Positions 53,079 to 64,000 of a stretch of 64,000 nucleotides of DNA are shown one piece after another. The stretch is taken from assembly GCA_012295275.1 (NCBI GenBank), contig CM022673.1:18786001-18850000 (forward strand), given 5' to 3'. The first letter of the stretch is position 1, and each line of letters begins with the position of its first letter. The notes under the pieces are model-generated. The model searched no databases. It saw only the letters and a program-made list of their open reading frames with translations, and had not been told where the DNA came from. The position numbers were made by a program, and so were the translations under genes. This DNA is from Chrysomallon squamiferum. Taxonomy: Eukaryota > Animalia > Mollusca.

Positions 53079-56000
53079 ATATATATATATATATATATAT
53101 ATATCAGCCAGTATAATTATTAATAAAAGACAACAATAAAACAACTACTGTCAGTAAAACATCTATGCTAATAAGGAAAGTAAATAAAATATTAATCAAT
53201 AAAACAACTGTTATTCAGTAAGATTAATAATAAAACAGCTATGTTAATCAGTAAGAATATCAGTGAAATTTCTTTGTTAAAACATATTAATCAGTAAAAC
53301 ATCTCTGGCAGTCAAATTTGACAAAATTATTAATTATTATCAATGAAATCACAACATAATGGGTGTCTCTATCCACTAAAATAAATAGAGTCAAAACAAT
53401 GAGAATAAATAATGAAATAATTGCATTAGTGTGAAATGAAAATAAACATTAAACAGCAGACTAATGTTAAGCATGTTATATATTGTTAATATATCCTGAT
53501 AGTATTAATAAGTGTTGCTCCCTGTATTTTTGAAAAGCCCATATAAATTATAGCCTTTCAGTTAATTGATAGGATTTTTTTTTTAAACTGAGGTGTGAGT
53601 ATGATTCTAGCTACATTTCTCTTAACTACACAGCACATATTCTTTGATAAATAAAGTCTTCAAATCTAGCAAAAATAAGAAATATAAATAATGTTTCTGA
53701 GATGAATTGATGTAAATGAATAGTATTTTATATTTTCATTAATTTTATTCAAATGATTATACTACATGAATAATATTAACACAGTCAAAATATTCTAATA
53801 CACTGAAATCAATACATCACACAAGATTTGTTTATGATTTGTTTGTGAATATTTTTATTGATAAATTATTAAACAACTCCATTATTAACCAAATACATTT
53901 GTATATTCAATTAAATTTTATAATTTATTTTTTTTTTTTATTTATTTATCTAAATTTTCATTTTCATGAAGTAATTATATCATTCCACAGTATAAAATAT
54001 CATCAGAAAGTGTTTCAGACAATTAATTATGTCTTTAGTATTATTCTGCTTTCCATTACAGCTTTTTTCTTCTTTTTTTCCCTTGTTTGTCTAGTCCTCT
54101 ATTGATTTCTTACTCTGGTCTATCATACATATTTATTAAAACAGTTACTTGTTTTTGTTTCAGTAATTTCAACAGATATATGTTTAAAAAGAACAACAAA
54201 AATAAAAACTACTAAGATTCTTAACATAACTGAATGGCCTGCTCAGCAGATGAAATATGTGCACAAACCATAAACATGTTAATGAGTCAGTTTATATATT
54301 AATTACCATTATCATCCAGCAGAAATTAAGTAAATTGTAAATAAACTATAACTCCAGAGGAAAATGTTTTGATAAAACCATTCAAAGTAAAACAGTTATA
54401 TAATTAATTATTAAATTTAAATATGACAAGAATTTTTTTAATATAAAAATGCAAGGAAATCAAATTTTACATGATCTGATTCATATTCATTAATGTTAAC
54501 GTGTATTTATCTCAAAAAGGTCAGAAGCTGGAAGTACCACATGTTTGGCACGCAGATTTTCAGTATCTAATAAAGCATATATATATATATATGAAATAAT
54601 CAGGATACTCCAGAAGGAGGTATAATGTAGAAGTTATCTACTGCTTGGCACAGATGGGAGGAACCCTGTAGATTTGATAGAAACTTATCTCATATCGTTT
54701 TTATAACTGCTTTCATAAGAATAGTGTATTTATTTCAGTATGCTCTGAACATAAGGAATATGTAACTTACGAAATTATTGTGTGTGTGTGTGTGTATTTA
54801 TATATACTTTTTTCTTTTTTTTTTTTTTCACATAGCATTTTATTGATAAGGAATACAGTTTTCATCTGTTACAGCTCTTTACCTGTGTGTGTATATATAT
54901 ATATATATATAAAACAGTTATATATATATGTGCCAGACTGTATATACTGTAGATATACATTTATTTTTTGTGTATGTGTATTGGTCGGTTTATACCTAGT
55001 GGTTAATTGCTACTACTGACATTGTTGAGATTTTGCAGACAATGGTGTTTTCTTTGTAAAATGAAATATCGGTCACTGACTGAACATATTAATTAAAACA
55101 TAAAACAGTTATCTGGATAAACTGAAGATATGAGATTGGGCTAAACAACAGATTCCAGAAGGTTATAGAGATTCTTGTAACATTAATGCAGATACCATTC
55201 TATCTAATTAAGATATATAACAATTTGTGTTTTGTTTGTTTTGTTTTAAATCTGTTGTCAAAAAATGAAAATTATAATTCTGATTTTCATCTTTTTTATC
55301 TCTGGTGGATTAATTAGAAATAGTTCTCAGTAATTTCTTAAGTCACATTTTGTCAGATTTAATTCAACAAGTCTTGTAATTTAGATATCATGCCTAACCT
55401 TGAATGAAAAGAACAACAGTTGTCTCGTCATTTATACAATTTTAACTTTCATCATTAAAAATATTAATAAGATAGATTGTTTCTGCTGGTTGTGTAAATA
55501 TGTTTGTTAGTCATGGACCAGATTTTCAACATTAACTAAACACACTGTCATTTGTGAAGTGAGAAAGATAGACTATGAATGTTGTTAAATTGATAAAATC
55601 CTTGTAAATTTCAGTCTTTCTTAATTTCAGACATCATCCATTGGTTCATTTAGCTACAAAAAATGACTTAATTAAAATAATTATTTTCACTAATTTTCAT
55701 TAATTTGAACTTTCCATTCTGATTTTAGTAGTTTGTTAAATTGAATAATGTCTTCTAATTAAAGTTATACAATAAATTTTCAGTATTCCATTTAAAAACG
55801 TCTTCAAAATACAAATTGACATCAGATAAACAAATTAAAAGTGGCCCAAGGCAAGGAAACCAAGAAAAACAATAAAATAAATAATAAAAGACATGTACAA
55901 AATAAAGAAAATTAGCAATTCTTTTTAATTTCTTTCATTTTTCTTTATTCATTCTTCAAATCTCAGTTTTCAAGTCCTTGCAGTAAGTTATTGCTTTGAA

Positions 56001-57727
56001 AGCCCAAGACAATTCTGTTGAGTGATGGTATCAGGCCATCTGAAGAAAGGTGGAAGGTTTTTTTCTTTTCATTTGATTGATGGCAAATGGAAGCAAGTGT
56101 GCCTTATCAACACTCAGCAACAAAGCATCTCTGATGGACAAATTCACTAGTGAGCACTAAACTCAACCCTGGACATGTTGTGTAGTCAATTAATTAAAGG
56201 ATAAAGTTCACCTTGTGGTTGTGATACAACAAGAAATGCTTTACATGAAAAGGCTGACATTTTTTTGTTTTTGTTTTTTTGTTCAGGTGAAAAACATAGC
56301 ACATATGTTTAGTGCATACCTTCAATGTATCAGACAAATATGTGTTTTTATATCCTAGTTGGATGAGTAAAATTTTGTTTTATATTTGAAGATGTCCTAA
56401 TAAAATTAACATAGTGGAAGTTAATACCAGACCTGAAATTACAGCCAGTTAAATCACCATACGCACACAGATTTTATTACAACTGAAATGTGAGAACACT
56501 TTTTTTGTTACTGAATTAAGACAACACACACACACACTTAGAGGATATGTGTATATAAATGTTACTTATCTAATATGACTTTAAAAAAATTAGTATTGTA
56601 TCGCAAAGAAATTTTTAACTAAAAAGAACAAGCCTTCTATTTAAATACTTTTCCAAATTATATAATGAAGAAATATTTAATTAAAAACAATATTCTCAAT
56701 ATTTCTGCAGTATAATAATGTCTGTAAAGTGAACATTGTAAATATTAGATTAATGATTTTATTTTACCTTTAGAGTCACTGGATAATCATTTTAAAAAAT
56801 CTAAATATTTTAACTAAATAGATATTTGACCATGCAACATGATGCTATTTGTGATTTTCCATTTAGTTGGAATATGTCAGTATCTATTATATGCTCAGTG
56901 GAATTGAGGGAAAATTCAAACCAGCTTTTTGTTTCAGTTGGAAGTAAGGTGATCAGGTTGTGCATGTTGTTAACATTCACTGATTTAACTTGTATTACTT
57001 GTTGCTGTACTGCTCACATTTGAAATTGTGTCACTTGAATTGTTAAAAGCAGAAGGTAGCAGTCAAAGTTATACAGTTATATTTCAAAAACAAAATTGTG
57101 AAATTTCAACTTTTAATTGTTATCTCAGTAGACATTAAACTGAAAAAACCTAATGCTCAAGTTCACACACACACACACATACATGATTAAAATAAAATTA
57201 GGAAATACATGTTTAGATTAAAACATTTAAAACTGATAATGTAAGTCGTTTTATTTATTTTTATTGTCTAACTTCTATTTCCATGACCTGCAACTTTATT
57301 ATATTTAATTTTTGATTTTTTAATTTAATTATTATTTTATTATAGTAGTTTTTTTATTTATTATTTAATTATCAATTTTAACAATATATTAATATTTATT
57401 TGAAAGATTTGTCCCAGAATCTGCGTATTGTAAGTTGAGATGTTTTAACACTTGTAAGTAAAAACGTACTGATTACTGCCTGAAATACAAGTAACATAAG
57501 TGGTATATAAAATATATATACCAGCTTCTTTTTTAATCTTAGTGACCAACATTTCCTTCTTCCCACACAAATATACTTACTATAAGTTCATTAATCTTTT
57601 TCCTTCCTCAGCTGTTTCAAACATTTCTTCATATCAAGTTACATTTAGTGTTATCCACTTTCCTTTTGAGCTTTCTTAACTCTTTGATATGCATAAAACA
57701 TATTCTATCAAAGACCCAGTAAAAAAA

Positions 57728-57759
<32 letters not shown>

Positions 57760-58205
57760 TGATGAGAAATTGTTTTTAAATTTTATTATATAATTTTTTT
57801 TATATAATTTAATAAAGAAATAACTAACAGTTTCGTAGGCAACTTGCCAAACAAGTTAATTACATTTTTTGTTTGTTTAAATATCAGATTAATTCTTGAT
57901 GAAGCAATAGTAAGTTTAATAAAAATTATTTTCATAGTTTTCATTCAGTTCTGAATGGGTTACCATTTCAAAAATGTGACTGATTAAATCAAATGATTAA
58001 AATATAAGCAACTAGGTTTAGAGAAAAAGAGAGCGAGAGAGAGAGAGAGAGAGAGAGATTTTAATATATTTAAATATATTTAGGTGAAACAAAAATAAGT
58101 AAAAAAAAAAAAAAAAAAAAAAAAGTAAATTGAGAATAAAAGTTATGAATAAATTAAATTTATCCTACAACTATAAGGAAGTAATTACAAAAGGCTATAG
58201 AGACT

Positions 58206-58253
58206 GAGCAACTGGAAATCTCATATGGAGAGCAACTGGAAATCTCATATGGA
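58206..58253 (+). repeat. 24-bp tandem duplication
   Basis: GAGCAACTGGAAATCTCATATGGA twice. Confidence 0.9.
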
Positions 58254-59860
58254 CACTTTATCATACGTTACTGTTATTATTAATTTTGAAGAACTGAAAT
58301 ATAGTTCTTTTTAATTAAACATACCTTTCAGGTGGGGTTTTGTTTTTACTATACTGATGCAGATATTTACATAACATAAGTGGCTTGTAGACATTAAAAT
58401 AATATTGTAATTATATTTTTATCTAACTCAAACCAGTGAAAAGATTTAAATAAGACAGAATTTTCAAAAAAAATTCAATTTGTTTACCATGCTAATATTT
58501 AAAATATATATACATCTAAAAGCTTTGATTTTATTCTTTTTCTTAAAAAAAAATAATAATAATAATATTTTAAAAAAAGGCAAATTTTCTGAACCCAGTT
58601 TAAAAATACATTTCAGTTTCTAGCAGAAAGGTTATTTCAAGATTTTTGCACCTGTTAAGTTCAGCTTGCTGCTTTGGAATTAATTTTTTTTTTTTTTTAT
58701 GTACCAGTACATGGCCAATGTTAAGCATATTTCTTACTCAGAAAGGTTGCTTATGTATCATTTTTATTTGTGTGTGTGTGTACATGTGTACTTACAGTAT
58801 TTAATTCAGAGTAAACTGAGGTTTGTTATAAATATTATTTATTTAACTTCTTTAAATAGTTTTCAGTCAAAACAGTGAGTTTGGTATAGTATGTGTATGT
58901 GTGCATGTGCATATATTTGAAAGTGTTTGTATACATGTATGCATTTAGAAAAAGGTAAATAGCTAGGGTAGTTAAAATAATACATTTTTCAAAAACATTA
59001 ATAATTAAACAAAACAAAAAAATACTTATTCACTAATGTCTTCTGTATTTAAACCTGCTTTTATATAATAATATGCATTCAATTTTCCTGCTGGTTAGTT
59101 AATAACTATACTAATTTATTTAAATAGTTTTCTGTAAGTGGAGGACAAATAGTGAAAGTATAAATCATCCTTGTAGACTGAGCCTTCACACATTTCTCAC
59201 AATAATGGCTAAACAATTGTATTGGTATAATAAGAGCTGAAATAAATGTGTATGCTGTTACATTTAAAAAAAAAAAAAAAAAAAAACTCATTCATTATTA
59301 TGTGCTATTTTAACAGTAAGTATTTAAAACATTAATTTTGTTTCATTGTATCAGTTAAAAAAAAAAACGTTGCTCCTGTATTACCAGTATATTTTTTTTA
59401 AATGTTCTAGAATTTATTATCAAAATTAATCTATTTAGAAATGGTGATAATTATTAAAAATTTGCTTGAGACCTTTTCAGATAAACCTAAATTTGTTGAA
59501 TATTAAATTATCTATCTATCTAAATATTAGATTAAAAAAAAGAAAACCCCATAAAAAGTTGTTTTTAAAATGTCTTGCAAAAATTTATTTATAACTGATA
59601 GTGATTTTAGATATTACCATATTTCATATGTGTGTGGGTGTGTATATGTGTATATACTGATTGTCTGAATATGTTACAGCAGTGATTTCATTATTGTTAA
59701 TAAACTTTTGTACATTTATCATAACATCAGAACTCTCTGTGTGTATGTGTGCATCTCATATGCAGTACAGCTTTTTATAATCTGCAAATAACCTTTCAGT
59801 TAATAAAAACATAAATTTGCAATTTGTCACAAATGTAATTATTATAATTATTTTGTTAAA

Positions 59861-61532
59861 GGGTCATTCCATGTCAATTCAACTCCCAAAAAACAAAATT
59901 TAAACCTGACCGTCTCAGATTTTTATAAAACTTCTTATACTTGTTGACTGGGATCCCACATTTGTGGATCATGTGACCTTGAGATGACCTTTCCCTTATG
60001 TTAACTAAAACATATAAAAGTTTCCTGGGTGTAATATTTTTTGTTTACCCACAATATAGATTTAAAAAATGCACGTCCATGAAAACACCTTTTTCTGCCA
60101 TTAACATCTGATTAACCAAAACCTGAATGATCAATTCTGGATGCTAGGAATTACCATCTCTCTTGATCACCAAGTTAGACATTGTAGGCCTACATGTATG
60201 ATCATATGATATCAAACTACTTACCTCATTGCCTTCTCACTAGTTTAGCAGTCACAGAATCATTCAGTAACCCACTTCCCCCATAGTCTTGCAATTCTAG
60301 CATCCTTTTTACTCAGAGAGTACATCTATCAGGAAGATGCAATAACAGGTGTATCAATGACACAGAATATGTTCCTTTCACTAATCCAACAAGGGTCTTC
60401 TTTGTTTGGCCAGTAAAATAACTTAGAACGTCTGTGAGGGTGCATGCTCTTCTGAAATTTCCTCAACTAGCCCAACCCATGCCTCATGGTCATTCAGACA
60501 ACAAACATAGTTTTGCTTCTTGGCTTAAATGGAAGGCTCCTATGGTAACTCATCCTCATATCATCCTCAGAATCCTGGACAGTTACTAGTTCTGGTGGGT
60601 CACTCTGCAGGCTCAGCTTGTAGGCATGCATCTTTGATTTAGATAATGGAACTAACCTGTGAAACTGCTGGGTTCCCTTGACTGTTTTGGCCTCTTGAAA
60701 CCTCCCTTGTAGTTACAACTCATGCTTTGCTATGTGGTCTGGTGTGATGTTGAAGAAGTGAATGCCTGGAATATTCTTGATGCAGAAAACTGTGATAGCC
60801 TCACTGGTCAGGATTGGGTCAGCAAACTCTTCACCATCCCCCCAATTCCATCATAGGCACTTTTGCTGTTGCTTGTTACAAAAAAGTTCCATTCACCTTC
60901 CAAACCCAAAGTCCTCTTCATGATGGCACAGGTTAATACAATTGTTCTTATTTTTATATGTTCCAGGACAGCCATCAGTGAAATAATGAATCTTTTTCAC
61001 ATGAGGAAACTCAGTCTGAAGATATGGAATAACAACACTCCAAAAAGCATATACAGTTACAGATGTCTGTATTATGGCTAAACAAAAAATATTACACCCA
61101 GGAAACTTTTACATGTTTTAGTCAACATGTGGGAGATTAAATTTCAATAAAGGTCATTTCAAGGTCACATGATCCACAGGGTCAATTTCGAGGTCTTAGC
61201 AAAAGTCAGAAGGTCAGTGTACCCCAGAATTTTCCAAACTGAACAATAATGGCAGATTTGGAATCCTTGTTGTGTTGCCTGTTCAACAATACCAATTTTA
61301 TGAAGATTGGCCCCATAGTTCCCAAGTTAAGAGGGTTCAAAGGTTGGTGGTCATGCCCATTTTTGCCAAAATTTTCAAAAATTTTCTGGCCATATCTCCC
61401 ACGCCACTGGTCCGATTAGCCTAATATTTCAGATTTGGTGCTGTAGGATACCAGTCAACAAGTATACCAAGTTTCGTAAAAATCTGAGACAGTCAGGTTT
61501 AACCCATTGCGTGATTAGACACAGAATGACCA
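59861..61532 (-). mobile_element. Sola2-type DNA transposon, copy 3 (1.67 kb deletion derivative)
   Basis: GGGTCATTCC at the left end, GAATGACCA at the right end, 4-bp TSD TAAA (59857..59860 and 61533..61536), long inverted arms, internal transposase remnant. Confidence 0.88.
60270..61070 (-). pseudogene. Decayed Sola2 transposase, C-terminal half
   Basis: Minus-strand translation across frameshifts and stops: KKIHYFTDGCPGTYKNKNNCINLCHHEEDFG / EWNFFVTSNSKSAYDGIGG / RFQEAKTVKGTQQFHRLVP / MHPH...FYWPNKEDPCWI, matching Sola2 DDD-transposase motifs as recalled. Confidence 0.85.
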
Positions 61533-61899
61533 TAAATGATTTCTTTTTATTCAGTGTTTACATATATATTAATAGGTTTTTATTTATTTATTTATTTATT
61601 TATTTACTACTATTATTATTACTATTACTATATCAGATATTTTGCCCACTTTTTACATTCATACGGAACATGTTTACTACATTCGATTGAGTTAGATGAA
61701 AACTATTACCATGTCACAAAGCAAATGGCTCAATCATATAAACAAGCATATATTTAACATGAGTTAAAAACTTATTGTAAAACTGAAAAATATTGAAAAT
61801 TTTAAAAAATATTTGATCTAGAGAGATCCATATTTTAAATTTGATCTGTTTGTGACGCCTAGAAGATGTTAGTTGAAAATGACAAGCTAGTCAAAGGCA

Positions 61900-61966
61900 G
61901 TCTCTCAGGAGATTTGAACCACTGACATTAGCTTGAAAATCTTGCATTATAACCATCTGCAGTCAT
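61900..61966 (-). mobile_element. Possible degraded tRNA-derived SINE head
   Basis: Minus strand ...GCAGATGGTTATAATGC...GGTTCAAATCTCC: A-box-like and B-box-like motifs at tRNA-like spacing, no intact cloverleaf. Confidence 0.35.
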
Positions 61967-64000
61967 ATATCAAAGATAATTTGATTTACACTGATAAATT
62001 ATTCCATAGATTAGATTTTTTAGAGAATTGACTGTGAGCACCAATGAAAATGAGCGGTTTGACAGAAGACTAAAGTAAATTGAATTATCTCATGTAGCAG
62101 ATTGTTACATATACTAGATATCTTCCTTCACTTGATTGCTGTTCTGCATATATTATTATAGATAATATAATATTCATGTTTTCTTTGGAACTGAAATAAA
62201 ATAATAAAATTTGAAGTTCTATTGTTATTTTTTATGTTCATGTCATTCTAGAAGGAAGAGAAGATATGGTTGGCAATTTTATATGTATACATGTGTTATC
62301 TATGCATTTGTATGTATGTATGTATGTATGTATGTAAGTAAGTTTCTGTGTGTGTTTGTATGTATGTATGTATTTATGGTATGTGAGTATACATTTAATT
62401 TTTATTTTTCAACCTGACAGTCATAATTATTCACACAAAATCAAGAATACAAAATGAAATATTTTTGAAAAAGTAGGTCTGTAAATTAACTCACGTAATT
62501 TTAAAATTTTTATCATCATTTACAAATGTCTTTCATGATAACATCTTTGTTTATACAAATAAAACAGCAGCAGATTATATTTTGTAAAATAGATTCTTGT
62601 CAGTTTTTCATTTGAATAATTTTGTAACATCTTTTTCAAACTGTAATGTTTAAATTATAATTATACTCACTTTGAATAATGTTTTCATTCTTGATTAGCC
62701 TATCAGTTAAAAAGAAATAATTTCTTTTCTATTAATGTCAGTTACATTTGAATGTGTCATACAGATGTAGTTATTTTTTTAGTTTTTGTGAATTTGTATT
62801 AAGTAGATCATACATAATGATAAATTGAAAGTGAAGGTAGAAGGACATGTTTTTATACAGTTTTTTCTTTCTTCCTTTCTATTCTTTTTGTTTGTTTGTT
62901 TATTTATTTATTTATTTATTTATCTATCTATCTATCTATTTATTTAAATTGTTATGGTATTTATTTTACTTCATTTTAACCTCTCTTTTTTTCAGGAAAG
63001 TTTCCATTAAATATTTTTTTCACATTAGTAATATCTGTTGGTATTTGATATTTATTCTGACATGACTATTTTAAAATTGTAATGGTACATTACTGAGTAC
63101 AGACAGTAACCTACAAAAAAAAAATTAAAAAATTGCTTATAAAATACAAAAAAAATTATAAATTGATCAATTGTTTATTTTTTATTTGTGTTTTCTTTTC
63201 TTCTTTTATTCTAATAATAATTATTATATTTTATTTTATTTTACTTTTTATATATATATTTTGTTGTTTTTGTTTACTAATGACAATAGTTAATGATGAA
63301 GACAAAGGAGGTGAATTATTATCAGGACATTTCTATTTTTTGCTATTACCTGAGTGAACCAAATAAATGTTTATTCATTCACTGTACTAACACGGTCAGT
63401 TGTTTCATAATTAGCAACTTATTCTTGCATCAGTTTCATTCTTTGAAACCCTTACCAGCACAAGGATCTATTAACAACATTAGCAGCATCATGGACTGTC
63501 ATAATAGTATTTAATTGAAGTAATGATAAATGACTTGAGTTCTTCACAGCATTGAATATGATCAGTGTTATTGATTCAGTTTGATAATGGATCTATTTCT
63601 AGACCTTATGTTTTCTTATCTTTTTATCACAGAGCAATTTTTGTTTTGTTTTATTTTTAAACCCATTATCACTAACATGAAGAGAGCAGTTTAGAAACTA
63701 AAATTCAAGATATGGATGGGATACAATGTGTGTGTTTTTTTTGTTTGTTTGTTTTTTCTGTGTTTGTGTTAAAACATTTCAGCACCTCTTCACACCTCTG
63801 TGAAAACAACACAGATGTTGAAATATTATGTCAGTATGTACTGAAAGTGGTTGCAGTTGGCTAATTCTGTGTACTGTTTCCATAGTGTCCAGGGCAGCCT
63901 GCTACAGTAAGACCTGTGAAAGAGAGTTAATATTTCATGATAGGGTATAGTTTAACAAAGATTCCCAGTATTGATTGTGCCTTCTGTGATGTCTGTAAAA

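Noticed and set aside
60863-61081. Plus-strand 72-aa ORF inside the transposon
   Set aside because: Antisense shadow of the decayed Sola2 transposase.
49413-64000. Liprin-alpha exon 2 (expected EFA.LTKELN..REQLLE-like peptide)
   Set aside because: Not found by eye; it presumably lies beyond the window.

Overview
AT-rich, CpG-depleted, microsatellite-rich animal genomic DNA, probably an invertebrate (mollusc-like; the taxon is an inference). Most of the ORF track is low-complexity noise. Manual splicing gives three genes. (1) A complete 26-exon MYRF (myelin regulatory factor) gene on + (CDS 399..39981, 3339 nt, 1112 aa, every junction GT-AG and frame-compatible), with an Ndt80-type DNA-binding domain, a phage-tailspike-like ICA/peptidase S74 autocleavage domain, a TM helix and a lumenal C-terminal domain. 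(2) A complete 5-exon TMEM183 gene on - (44832..47945, 358 aa), tail-to-tail with MYRF. (3) The first coding exon of liprin-alpha (PPFIA) on + (49173..49412), head-to-head with TMEM183; its first intron runs to the window end. Introns hold three Sola2-type DNA transposon copies (one with a decayed transposase), a 42-bp hAT remnant with an intact 8-bp TSD, and several minisatellites. Most notable: a furin-type RTKR site at the start of the MYRF C-terminal domain, three tandemly duplicated phase 1-1 microexons, duplicated splice donors flanking the TM exons, a candidate internal promoter/first exon, a 16-bp palindrome with the MYRF binding motif on both strands inside MYRF, and the TMEM183-liprin-alpha adjacency also known from vertebrates.
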